The notes below the pieces were generated by a model. That model was not told the origin of the DNA and searched no databases. It saw nothing but the letters and a program-made list of their open reading frames with translations. A program made the position numbers and the translations under genes. Shown here one piece after another: positions 30,464 through 39,354 of a DNA stretch of 64,000 nucleotides; positions within the stretch are counted from its first letter, which is position 1; each line of letters starts with the position of its first letter. Where the stretch lies: assembly GCA_964449995.1 (NCBI GenBank), contig CAYVBW010000001.1, forward strand, positions 1,618-65,617, given 5' to 3'. Origin of the DNA: an uncultured Pseudomonadales bacterium (GTDB lineage: Bacteria; Patescibacteriota; Microgenomatia; UBA1400; PJMF01).

Positions 30464-30605
30464 CAAATTAGTATTGGTAATAAATAAGAGCTCATTTCTA
30501 ATTTGCTTCACCCCGAGCGCACTTTGTCTTGTTCCGCTCCCTCGTCCCGCTTAGCGGGATGGCGAGAGGACGGGAGGACAGGCTGGCGTGGTATATAATC
30601 AGAAT
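30464..30605 (+). repeat. copy A of multi-hairpin intergenic repeat family (5' module AAATAAATTCGCAAATTAGTATTGGTAATAAATAAGAGCTCATTTCT ... 3' module GGTATATAATCAGAAT)
   Basis: Shares both terminal modules with copies at 32269-32492 and 48189-48295 (inverted); internal GC-rich hairpins (CCCGCTTAGCGGG). Confidence 0.7.
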
Positions 30606-30662
30606 TAACCAAATTTAAACCACACTATTTAGTATTCTAATATAAATTCTCCTGATAAAAAG

Positions 30663-31763
30663 CTATTTTTCAGCCAAACTGTAGGTTACACCCTTGGTAA
30701 CTCCATGTTTTTTAACCACACCTTTTTCTAACAAATCTTTCAAGTCTCGAAGAATGGTATCAATAGAAACATTAGGTAATAAGTCTTGGGCATCACTAGA
30801 AGTAATTTCTCCTTGATCCTGAAGTAATTCTAAAATAACGATTTGTCTTTCTGACAAAGCTACTTGACGGCCCAACTCTTTTTTCATTTTCAAATCCTTT
30901 GAAAGCTTGAGAACCTTTTCTTTCACCTTATCTACCTCAACTGCCAATCCATAACAAAAATACTCCAACCAATAAGTCATGTCAGCGTTTTCATTTTGCT
31001 GAACAGATTGGAGGGCACTGTAATAACTTTCAACCGCACTGTCAAAATACTCCTCCAAAGAAAAGAATCTCTTAAAATCATAGCCAGTGGCATAAAGAAC
31101 CAATGATGTCATAGCCCGTGCAGTACGTCCATTCCCTTCAATAAAAGGATGAATGTAAACCAACTGATAATGCGTGATAGCTGCTTTAAAAATCGAATGA
31201 ATCTTTTTTGACTCAGAATGGTTAAGCCATTTGAAAAAATCTTCAACTAAGTACGGTACCTCCACCGATACCGGCGGTCTAAATACCACTTTTCCAGCTG
31301 CCTCACCTGCACCCTTAACAATAACTTGCTTACGCCGATAGTAGCCAATTTGATCCTCAATTAAAAGTTTGTTCATGGTTAAGACATGGAGATGCTTGAG
31401 AGTTTTTTCTGAAAATAAATCTGAAACATTTTTTTGACCCTGTTCGTCAATCCATTTAATTACGTTGCGATAATTCAAAACCTCCTGCACATCTCTTTCT
31501 CGAGCAATAATGCCTGCTTTTTTAGCAGCCTCCTCTGGATCATCAATCAAATCAAGTCTAGCAACTCGCTGGGCTTGATCTTGGGTTAGGTCATTACCCT
31601 CTATTTTGGTCCCAAAATGTATGGTGCGAGCCATAGCATCTTTTTTAAACTTCGCCTCCCAAGCTGGCACCAAAGGCGAGTGGTCAATTAAAGCCTTAGC
31701 AGATTCAATAGAGCTCACATAGGTAAGTAAATTGGTAGTAATTTGAAAATTTGGCTTGAACAT
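30663..31763 (-). CDS. Fic/DOC-family protein (AMPylator-type) with C-terminal winged-helix domain
   Basis: Canonical Fic motif HPFIEGNGRTAR; C-terminal wHTH-like region. Confidence 0.85.
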   Translation of the reverse strand: MFKPNFQITTNLLTYVSSIESAKALIDHSPLVPAWEAKFKKDAMARTIHFGTKIEGNDLTQDQAQRVARLDLIDDPEEAAKKAGIIARERDVQEVLNYRNVIKWIDEQGQKNVSDLFSEKTLKHLHVLTMNKLLIEDQIGYYRRKQVIVKGAGEAAGKVVFRPPVSVEVPYLVEDFFKWLNHSESKKIHSIFKAAITHYQLVYIHPFIEGNGRTARAMTSLVLYATGYDFKRFFSLEEYFDSAVESYYSALQSVQQNENADMTYWLEYFCYGLAVEVDKVKEKVLKLSKDLKMKKELGRQVALSERQIVILELLQDQGEITSSDAQDLLPNVSIDTILRDLKDLLEKGVVKKHGVTKGVTYSLAEK

Positions 31764-31978
31764 AAAAAATTTGGGTTTCTATTTATGTATTTTAAGCGAT
31801 TTTTGCAAAATTTGCAGGATTAAATTTTATCTTAAATACTTCACGCTTGCCATTCATTGCTTCCCACGAGAATAATAAATTTAAAACTTTATAATTGAAA
31901 AAATATGCTCAATGTCAGCATGCGATATAATGCATATAGTCAAAAAGGTGTTAAGTAGCTAAAAATTAATAAATTAAA

Positions 31979-32275
31979 ATGTCAAAAATTAAAACTCCAG
32001 ATAAAATTGAGAATTTGCCTTTAGCCATTATCCAAAATATGATCGCTCTTGCCACTAGCGGTTTTGGCTTGGTGGTTGCTCTTGCCTGGAACGAATTAAT
32101 TAGAACAACGATCACAGAATATTTAACCCCCATTATTGGCACTGGCGGTGGAATTATTTCTCTTTTTATTTATGCTGTTGTTGTTACTGTTTTAGCAGTC
32201 CTAGTTACAATGCAGCTTTCTAAAATTGAAAAAAGAATAAAAAAAGCCAGTGAAGAAGAATTGGCTGCAAAATAA
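31979..32275 (+). CDS. small two-TM membrane protein, hypothetical
   Basis: Two hydrophobic helices; basic C-terminal tail. Confidence 0.45.
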   Translation: MSKIKTPDKIENLPLAIIQNMIALATSGFGLVVALAWNELIRTTITEYLTPIIGTGGGIISLFIYAVVVTVLAVLVTMQLSKIEKRIKKASEEELAAK

Positions 32276-32492
32276 ATTCGCAAATTAGTATTAGTAATAA
32301 ATATGAGCTCATTTCTGAGGGGTTACACCCCTCAGCATTTTGTCTTGCTTTGCAAGATCAAAGCCTGCTCCCCTGTCGCTTTAAGGGGTATTAGACCCTT
32401 AAAGCTCCACTAGGGGGAATCCCCCTAGAACCCCCATTCTGATTTGTTCCTCCTACTAAACGGAACAAGCTGTCGGGGTATATAATCAGAAT
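32269..32492 (+). repeat. copy B (longest) of multi-hairpin intergenic repeat family
   Basis: 5' module AAATAAATTCGCAAATTAGTATTAGTAATAAATATGAGCTCATTTCT, hairpins GAGGGGTTACACCCCTC, TCTTGCTTTGCAAGA, CTAGGGGGAATCCCCCTAG, GTTCC..GGAAC, 3' module GGTATATAATCAGAAT. Confidence 0.7.
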
Positions 32493-32527
32493 AAATAAAA
32501 AATTTCAACAATTAGTAGAACCCTGCC

Positions 32528-33457
32528 TTGAACAAAACTCAAATTCAGCATTATTTAACAGATCTCAATCTACCAAGTCCTGGGTCCCACAAAGGACAAA
32601 ATGGAAAACTGCTGATTATAGGTGGCTCCGAATTATTTCATGCTGCTAGTCGCTGGAGTTTAGATATTGCCTCTAAGCTCGTAGACATGATCTTTTATAC
32701 TTCGGTTCCCAGCAATAACCAGCTTATTCTAGAAGCAAAAAAAAATTTTTGGAATGGTATTGTGGTGGCAAGAGAAGATTTGGAGGACTATATTCATGAA
32801 GCTGATTGCATCTTAATTGGCCCAGGTATGATGCGCCATCAGTTAGACGCTAAGCCTGAAAATGATAACAGGGAATATTACTTAAACAATTCGCCAACAC
32901 TACAAGAATGGCAGGATAACACTCAGAAAATTGTTAACTATTTATTGTCCAAATATCCAAATAAAAAATGGGTTATAGATGCTGGAGCCTTGCAAATGAT
33001 GAATCCTAATTTACTTACCAATACATGCATCATAACCCCCCACCTTAAAGAGCTAAAAATTGTTATCAACAAACTTGGCCAAGAGCAAAGAGTTAAATTC
33101 AGCCAAAATGATCTTAACTCCATGAGTAGTTTAAGTTTATTAAACAAATTACTTAACAATGCCCTCATTTTGCTTAAAGGACAAGCAGATGTAATCACTC
33201 ATGGTCAAGAAACTTACGAAATTAAAGGCGGCAACGCTGGCATGACCAAAGGAGGAACGGGGGATGTTTTGGCTGGCTTGGTTGCGGGACTTTATACCAC
33301 CAACCAAATTTTGCCTAGCGCTATCGTAGCTAGCTATATTAATAAAATAGCGGGCGAAATTTTATATCAAAGCGTTGGTCCGTTTTACAATGCCTCAGAT
33401 TTACTAAACACTATTCCCAGAATGTTGTGGGAAGAACTAAAACAAGCTAATTCTTAA
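32528..33457 (+). CDS. ADP-dependent NAD(P)H-hydrate dehydratase (YjeF C-terminal / carbohydrate-kinase-like domain)
   Basis: HKGQNGKLLIIGGSELFHAASRW and GTGDVLAGLVAGL motifs. Confidence 0.7.
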   Translation: MNKTQIQHYLTDLNLPSPGSHKGQNGKLLIIGGSELFHAASRWSLDIASKLVDMIFYTSVPSNNQLILEAKKNFWNGIVVAREDLEDYIHEADCILIGPGMMRHQLDAKPENDNREYYLNNSPTLQEWQDNTQKIVNYLLSKYPNKKWVIDAGALQMMNPNLLTNTCIITPHLKELKIVINKLGQEQRVKFSQNDLNSMSSLSLLNKLLNNALILLKGQADVITHGQETYEIKGGNAGMTKGGTGDVLAGLVAGLYTTNQILPSAIVASYINKIAGEILYQSVGPFYNASDLLNTIPRMLWEELKQANS

Positions 33458-33477
33458 AAACTGCTTACTTTAACTAA

Positions 33478-34608
33478 CTAACTCTTTTGTAGCACTTCAG
33501 CCAACCTAATTACCTCAACTTGTCCAAGTTTTTGTTCAACCTCTTTTACCAAGTCTTGATTTACTGTCGTAATAATGATTTGCTCCCCATCAATTAAGTC
33601 CAATACTTTTTCTCTGTTGTCTTTGTCTAACTCAGAAAGAATATCATCTAAAATCAGGATTGGTAATTTATTTGTTTTGTGTTTTAAATAAACTAATTCT
33701 GCTTTTTTTAACCAAATGACGCCCATTCTTTTTTGTCCCCTAGAACCGTAGGCATCCAATGCTTTGTAGCTAGAAGCCCCATCTTCTCCAAGTTGCAAAT
33801 CCAACATAACCTCAAAATCATCTTTATGGGGACCTATCAGGGTAAATCCTGTTGCTATTTCAGCTGTCCTATGATCTTGAATTCTTTTTTTACTAATCAA
33901 TGAGGGTTTGTAATTAATTTTCATCGGCAGTGGCTGCTCAACCTGGGAATTGACAAATTTTATTAAACTTCTGCGCCTCTTTTGCAATCGCTCTCCGTGC
34001 TTTGTTAACGCCATATCCCAATAAGTTAGCACCTCTTGGTCCTGTTTGTTTTCCTTAATTAAAGACAAAAGTCTATTACGGCGCCTTAAAGCTTTATTGT
34101 ACTTATCCAAAGAGGTGCTGTATTCATAATCTGTTAACACTAACAAAGAATCTAAATAGTCCCGACGTCTACCTGGTGAACCCTCAATTAACCTCATGTC
34201 TTCAGGTCTAAAAACCACAGTTAACAACTGGCCCACAAATTTCTTTTTCTGCCTACGATTATCATTAACGCTAAACAGCAGTTTGCGCGTTCTTTTGCCA
34301 TTAACTTCTCCCCTAGTAATCAAGGCAGCCAAAACTAACTCATCAGCTATTTCTAAATTTTCTTTAAAAGAGGAAATATTATCATGAATTTTAGCCCTCA
34401 CTCTTCCCAAATCGCGATCGATTTGAATCATTTCTTCAATTTTGCCGGCTCTAAAACTCTGACCAATCGATAATAACCGAATTGCCTCCACAACCGAACT
34501 TTTTCCCATAGCATTTGGGGCAATCAAGACAGTTGTCTGTCGCTTAAATTCCAACAATAATTCTGAGAATAAACGAAAGTTCTTTAATTGTAGCTTGCTA
34601 ATAAGCAT
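33478..34608 (-). CDS. recF: DNA replication and repair protein RecF
   Basis: N-terminal LKNFRLF + Walker A APNAMGKSS, SMC-like signature and Walker B ILILDD; located in origin-proximal neighbourhood. Confidence 0.85.
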   Translation of the reverse strand: MLISKLQLKNFRLFSELLLEFKRQTTVLIAPNAMGKSSVVEAIRLLSIGQSFRAGKIEEMIQIDRDLGRVRAKIHDNISSFKENLEIADELVLAALITRGEVNGKRTRKLLFSVNDNRRQKKKFVGQLLTVVFRPEDMRLIEGSPGRRRDYLDSLLVLTDYEYSTSLDKYNKALRRRNRLLSLIKENKQDQEVLTYWDMALTKHGERLQKRRRSLIKFVNSQVEQPLPMKINYKPSLISKKRIQDHRTAEIATGFTLIGPHKDDFEVMLDLQLGEDGASSYKALDAYGSRGQKRMGVIWLKKAELVYLKHKTNKLPILILDDILSELDKDNREKVLDLIDGEQIIITTVNQDLVKEVEQKLGQVEVIRLAEVLQKS

Positions 34609-34627
34609 TTATGGATTTAAAAAATAT

Positions 34628-34978
34628 TTAATAGTTATTGCCAGAGCTTAAAGAGAGCCTAAATCTAAATAGTAAATAAAGCAATAAAATCTGCCAATAA
34701 ACAACAAAAATTACCAACCAGGTTGTAAAAAAGGAATAAAGAGCAAATACCAATGGAGTTTGTGGCAAAGTTAATACAGAAAGAAAAAAAGTGATCAAAG
34801 GGAAGAGAACAGCTTTAGACAAAACAATCAACAGCCCCAAAAAAATTACTGGCATCAAAGCGATCCAAATAAAAGTTTTTTGTACAACTAATATTTGCAT
34901 TGTTTGGTAGGGGTGAAGTAGTAAACCTAAAGAAAATCTAAACAAAGCATAAATATAAGACAAAATAAAGTTTTTCAT
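34628..34978 (-). CDS. hypothetical membrane protein (DUF721-position small protein after recF?)
   Basis: Hydrophobic ORF; function not determinable. Confidence 0.35.
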   Translation of the reverse strand: MKNFILSYIYALFRFSLGLLLHPYQTMQILVVQKTFIWIALMPVIFLGLLIVLSKAVLFPLITFFLSVLTLPQTPLVFALYSFFTTWLVIFVVYWQILLLYLLFRFRLSLSSGNNY

Positions 34979-34988
34979 AATTTTTTAA

Positions 34989-35237
34989 CTAAAGATATTT
35001 CAATACAAACTCAACAAACAGTGAGGTAATTAGTGAAAAAAATAGTAAAGTTTGCCAAGGATAGTAGATAATTAAGTCAATAAATTTTTCTAAATTTTTG
35101 GGTAAAGAAGAAATTTGTTCTAGATATGCCTGAGTTGCTGCTTGCTGCTGAAGCTTATCTAAAAGTTGAGATTTTTTTATTAGATCAGCATTAATAGTGG
35201 CATCGCCATGTTTTTCTAAAGAAGCTGGTTGTTTCAT
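34989..35237 (-). CDS. hypothetical small protein
   Basis: ORF only. Confidence 0.3.
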   Translation of the reverse strand: MKQPASLEKHGDATINADLIKKSQLLDKLQQQAATQAYLEQISSLPKNLEKFIDLIIYYPWQTLLFFSLITSLFVEFVLKYL

Positions 35238-35465
35238 TAATAAACTCGTTAGTAGAATTAAGGTAGTTATTATTGATAGTTAACTCGTTTCTAAGGGGCC
35301 ATCGCCCCTCAGCGTTTTGTCTTGCTTTGCAAGAACAAAGCCTGCTCCCCTGTGACTTGAAAAAAATGATATTCAAGTCACACCAGGGGTAATCCCCCTT
35401 GAAACCCCCATTTTGATTAATCACTCGCAGCAAGCTACGAGGTTAATCAAAATAACTCTCCAGAA
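35238..35465 (+). repeat. copy D of multi-hairpin repeat family (degenerate 5' module, divergent 3' end)
   Basis: AGGGGCCATCGCCCCTCAGCGTTTTGTCTTGCTTTGCAAGAACAAAGCCTGCTCCCCTGT is nearly identical to the core of copy B; subsequent hairpins differ in sequence but keep pairing. Confidence 0.6.
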
Positions 35466-35529
35466 ATAATTATATCTCAAGAAGGCTGAGAATGCGAACT
35501 TTGAATTTGTTTAAAACAGGCCAAGTCCA

Positions 35530-36066
35530 CTAGTCAATAGTGGCATAAATTTCTTTAAAACTTTCCCTGGCACGATAGAGATCTGACTCAACTGATTTAA
35601 AAGTTTTACCCATAATTCTTGCGATCTGCCTCACCCCCATGCCATCCACATACTTCATCAACAATAAACTCTTTCTTCTATCCAACATCTTGTTGAGTGC
35701 TTGTTTGACTTTAAGTTCCACCTCGCTACTCTCTTGAATTTTTTCGCTGAGCAGGGACTTGCCCAACGGTAAAATCTGAATCGCTTTTTTAGCATATTTT
35801 TTACGATAATAATCAGCAATTTCATGACGTAAAACAGCCATCATCCAAGTCTTTAAGCTGGAATCGCAACGAAAAACATGAATTTTCTTTAAACAATTGA
35901 TCATGGTTTCTTGGACCACATCTTCAACGTCGCGAAAACTACCAATTTTATTTTGAGCTAAAGAGAAAAGTTGAGGATAATAATGATCAAACCAATATTT
36001 AACAGCTTGAGGATCACCGTTTTTTAATCGCTGCACCAATCTTTTTTCAGAAATTTCTTTTTGCAT
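35530..36066 (-). CDS. ECF-type sigma-70 family RNA polymerase sigma factor
   Basis: Region 2 (DVVQETMINCLKK) and region 4 HTH (GMGVRQIARIMGKTFKSVESDLYRARESF). Confidence 0.8.
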   Translation of the reverse strand: MQKEISEKRLVQRLKNGDPQAVKYWFDHYYPQLFSLAQNKIGSFRDVEDVVQETMINCLKKIHVFRCDSSLKTWMMAVLRHEIADYYRKKYAKKAIQILPLGKSLLSEKIQESSEVELKVKQALNKMLDRRKSLLLMKYVDGMGVRQIARIMGKTFKSVESDLYRARESFKEIYATID

Positions 36067-36310
36067 TTTTTTCGAGTAAATATTTGATCAAATTTGCGCT
36101 CAACACAGCTTTATTTTTGAATTGCAGAAACTGTATTTAATCACAACCTATTACTTTTATAAAGAAAGCTATTTTTATAAAGATAGCTAAAAATGCTCCT
36201 AAAAGCCTAACTTCAAACCGATCTCGCTCTTTTAAAACCTACATCACACACATTACAAAAGCCTAGCAGACCACCCTTTTATCAAGACTAATTTAATAAT
36301 TAAACAGAAT

Positions 36311-36697
36311 ATGTTATTATTATCAATAATTATGAGACCTTTTCTTCATTCTATTGTTAATAACCAGCTTATTTCACAGCAAAACCAAAATGAAGCAACG
36401 CCCATTAAACTCACTGATTACCTCACTCTCAGGGGAGGAGAATCAATTGCGGATGTATACGATCAACCGGCAAAAATTGTTAATTTAATTGTTAGCAATT
36501 TGTTTGTTGTAGCTGGAATTATTATCTTTTTTTTAATTATTGGAGCTGGATTTAGTTTTATTAAAGGCTCAAGCCAAGGTAAAGAAGAGGCGAAAAATCT
36601 TTTAACTGGAGCTGTTATCGGTTTTTTAATTATGTTTTCTGCCTACTGGATCATTCAAATTATTAAATTTGTGACTGGTGCAGATATACCAATTTAA
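36311..36697 (+). CDS. pilin-like two-TM protein, paralog 1 (divergent, lacks full loop motif)
   Basis: TM1-loop-TM2 architecture: ...AGIIIFFLIIGAGFSFIKGSSQGKEEAKNLLTGAVIGFLIM...; first of 7 co-oriented paralogs. Confidence 0.5.
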   Translation: MLLLSIIMRPFLHSIVNNQLISQQNQNEATPIKLTDYLTLRGGESIADVYDQPAKIVNLIVSNLFVVAGIIIFFLIIGAGFSFIKGSSQGKEEAKNLLTGAVIGFLIMFSAYWIIQIIKFVTGADIPI

Positions 36698-36748
36698 GTA
36701 AAATTAAATAATCCTGCCATGATAAATGAAGTTGGCAAATAATTTATA

Positions 36749-37333
36749 ATGAAAAAAATACCTCTTTTTTTTAAAAAAATCACACAAAACTATTCAAAGC
36801 TTTTCCTAATAGTTTTTGCACTACTATTATTTTTTTCCTCTAAGTTGTTGGTAAATGACACATTTGCTTCTGGTAATAATTGTCACTGTGTATGTGATGC
36901 GAGAGGGCGTGATTGTTCTTGGATGGGCCCAGATTGCGGATACTACCAAGGTCGTCTTTGTGAGGCGGGTGATGTGTTTGGAGAGAGTATTTTTGGCACA
37001 ATTCAGCCCCCTGCAGGAGTAAGAGAAATTCAAGAAGAAGTGGGGGCTGGAAACATTGGCATTATTTTATTTGCATCAAACCTAGTAAGACTAGTAACTG
37101 TGGCTGCAGGCATTTGGGTTATGTTTAATTTTATCTCAGCCGGGTGGATTTATATCACATCAGGCGGAGATGCCTCAGCTCACGAAAAAGTATCTGAGAA
37201 AATAACCCAGAGTCTTATAGGCTTAGCCATAGTGGCACTAGCTTATACTATTGCCGGACTTATCGGTCTTTTGATTTTTGGAGATGCCAGCTTTATTCTT
37301 AGGCCCACCTTAACCGGGGTTGGCCAATTTTAA
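36749..37333 (+). CDS. pilin-like two-TM protein, paralog 2 (signal peptide + Cys-rich N-terminal ectodomain)
   Basis: Signal peptide; CHCVCDARGRDCSWMGPDCGYYQGRLCE; core WIYITSGGDASAHEKVSEKITQSLIGLAIVALAY. Confidence 0.55.
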   Translation: MKKIPLFFKKITQNYSKLFLIVFALLLFFSSKLLVNDTFASGNNCHCVCDARGRDCSWMGPDCGYYQGRLCEAGDVFGESIFGTIQPPAGVREIQEEVGAGNIGIILFASNLVRLVTVAAGIWVMFNFISAGWIYITSGGDASAHEKVSEKITQSLIGLAIVALAYTIAGLIGLLIFGDASFILRPTLTGVGQF

Positions 37334-37344
37334 ATTAACAACTT

Positions 37345-37743
37345 ATGAATATATTTTTAAAAATTCTTAATTATTCAGTGTCATTTTCTAGTCAATTTGG
37401 TAATGGATTTCAGCCACCCACAGATGTCTATACCCAAGGCGCTGACGACAGTGGGGAGGTGGTAAATATCTTGACTAATTTTCTTTCTAATTTAATTGGT
37501 CTTCTAACAATCTTTGGGGCTCTGTTTTTCATTGTTAACTTTTTCTTAGGAGCCCTTGCTTGGATTTCAGCTGGTGATGACTCGGGTAAAGTGGAAAAAG
37601 CGAGAACAAAAATAATGCATGGAGTGTTGGGGCTGATTATAATCGTCCTTGCTTATTCAATTATCGGACTTATTGGACAAATTATTGGCATTGACTTAAT
37701 TAATTTAGGAGAAACAATAGAGCAGGTTGTACCAACTTTATAA
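37345..37743 (+). CDS. pilin-like two-TM protein, paralog 3
   Basis: Core LAWISAGDDSGKVEKARTKIMHGVLGLIIIVLAY. Confidence 0.55.
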   Translation: MNIFLKILNYSVSFSSQFGNGFQPPTDVYTQGADDSGEVVNILTNFLSNLIGLLTIFGALFFIVNFFLGALAWISAGDDSGKVEKARTKIMHGVLGLIIIVLAYSIIGLIGQIIGIDLINLGETIEQVVPTL

Positions 37744-37781
37744 AAATGTAAAATTTAAATAATGCTTAATAATATACAAAT

Positions 37782-38216
37782 ATGACACAACACTTTTCTA
37801 TTTTAAATAAATTAATTACCAAACCAATCCAAGCAAGCAATGGCAGGCTTTTTAATCCCGTTATTGGAAGGTTAGGAGATGACCCTGACGCAGCCAGCAC
37901 AGGTAATTTGTTTTTAACTTATGCTATTCATCTGTGGAGAATAGCAATTAATATCGGAGCCTTAATAGTTTTGGCTTTTTACATAGTTGCCGCCTATGAG
38001 TGGCTAACCAGCGGCAGCGACACTCAAGGAGTTGAAAAAGCGCGCAAAAGATTTGTGAACGCCACCATTGGTTTGATTTTATTGGTGGGGTCTTTTGCCA
38101 TCATAGCCTTTATCAGCAATTTATTGTTTGGTGAAGACTTTAATTTACTACACTTAACCTTCCCAGTTGGCCAAAGCACAGCGCCAACAACACCAATTCA
38201 TAATACTGGGATATAA
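37782..38216 (+). CDS. pilin-like two-TM protein, paralog 4
   Basis: Core YEWLTSGSDTQGVEKARKRFVNATIGLILLVGSF. Confidence 0.55.
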   Translation: MTQHFSILNKLITKPIQASNGRLFNPVIGRLGDDPDAASTGNLFLTYAIHLWRIAINIGALIVLAFYIVAAYEWLTSGSDTQGVEKARKRFVNATIGLILLVGSFAIIAFISNLLFGEDFNLLHLTFPVGQSTAPTTPIHNTGI

Positions 38217-38260
38217 CTAAAAAATCAGCTTAATTTTTTCAAAAAAAAGAAAAAAATAAC

Positions 38261-38635
38261 ATGACAAGCAAAACCACAAACTCATTAGCCTCAATTGAGT
38301 TTGATATCGGTCAAGAAGGCAGAGAACAACTCCCTTTTGGTGAAACTGTGGTCACAGAAGGTGGTGGAGCCAGCGCTGTTTCCAGCTTCATCAGCAACTT
38401 ATTAAGAATAAGCATTGTTGTTGCTGCCCTCATTCTTCTCTTTAATTTAATTTTTGCCGGTTTTGAATGGCTTTCTTCTGGAGGAGATAGCAGTAAAATT
38501 GAAAAAGCGCGCACCAGAATGACTCAGTCAATTATTGGCTTTGTAATACTATTTGCCGTAATTGCTATCTTTACTTTCATCCAAGATTTACTTGGGATAA
38601 ACGTTATTACCTTTACCACTGAAGGTGGTGGTTAA
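38261..38635 (+). CDS. pilin-like two-TM protein, paralog 5
   Basis: Core FEWLSSGGDSSKIEKARTRMTQSIIGFVILFAVI. Confidence 0.55.
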   Translation: MTSKTTNSLASIEFDIGQEGREQLPFGETVVTEGGGASAVSSFISNLLRISIVVAALILLFNLIFAGFEWLSSGGDSSKIEKARTRMTQSIIGFVILFAVIAIFTFIQDLLGINVITFTTEGGG

Positions 38636-38807
38636 CCCATTCCGCCTCCAGAGGGTGGGGGTGGAGGAGAAGTAAGACCTCCAGTATATAAATTTTAAAT
38701 AAATTTAAAATAGAAATTAAAAGCCCTATTTTGACATTTATTTTAAAAACCTGATACAATATCAACAACAATTATCAATAATCATCAAATTAATTAAAGG
38801 AGAAAAA

Positions 38808-39209
38808 ATGAATAAAATTAAACAAATTGCTATAGGAGCCGGATCAGCCATTAGCGGAGCGTTGCTGACCGTCAATCCAGTTTTGGCTCAAGAAACCGAA
38901 GTTAAGGTTGAAGTACCCGATGCCTTTGATATAAGTGTGGGCGATCTTTTAACAACTCTTTTGAATTTAGTTTTAGTCATAGCTGCAATTTTGGTTTTTG
39001 CCTACTTGATTTGGGGTGGAATTGAGTGGATTACCTCTGGTGGTGATAAGAGCAAAACAGAGTCAGCCAGAAATAAAATCACAGCTGCCATTGTAGGGCT
39101 GGTGGTTTTGGTTGCCTCCTATGCCATCTTGCAATTAGTCTTGCAAATCCTTGGGATTCAAGGTGGGTTTGAGGGTATGCTTAACTTTGCTACCATAGGT
39201 GCAAAATAA
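38808..39209 (+). CDS. pilin-like two-TM protein, paralog 6 (clear Sec signal peptide ...VLAQE)
   Basis: Strong RBS-like AAAGGAGAAAAA upstream; core IEWITSGGDKSKTESARNKITAAIVGLVVLVASY. Confidence 0.6.
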   Translation: MNKIKQIAIGAGSAISGALLTVNPVLAQETEVKVEVPDAFDISVGDLLTTLLNLVLVIAAILVFAYLIWGGIEWITSGGDKSKTESARNKITAAIVGLVVLVASYAILQLVLQILGIQGGFEGMLNFATIGAK

Positions 39210-39233
39210 TGTCCTTTTAAATAAGCACACAAC

Positions 39234-39266
39234 AAAAAAAACCCTCTGTTAAAGAGGGTTTTTTAA
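39234..39266 (+). terminator. rho-independent terminator after pilin paralog 6
   Basis: AAAAAAACCCTCTGTTAAAGAGGGTTTTTT: 7-bp GC-containing stem, 5-nt loop, T-run. Confidence 0.7.
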
Positions 39267-39354
39267 TAAATTACAGCCGACTTTCCCATTTTTGCTTAAA
39301 AAATAATATAATAAGTCATTAATAAATAATTTGATACATCAGCACTCCTAATTT

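Noticed and set aside
30464-30605. The repeat elements as tRNA, tmRNA or riboswitch genes
   Set aside because: They have no cloverleaf with a T-loop GTTCGA and no tRNA-like 3' end. There is no recognisable riboswitch aptamer consensus, and the copies occupy the 3' sides of unrelated genes. They are better explained as a repeat or sRNA family.
35191-35433. 80-aa ORF 35191-35433 (-)
   Set aside because: It lies almost entirely within repeat copy D and overlaps the preceding gene, so it is more likely non-coding structured repeat sequence.
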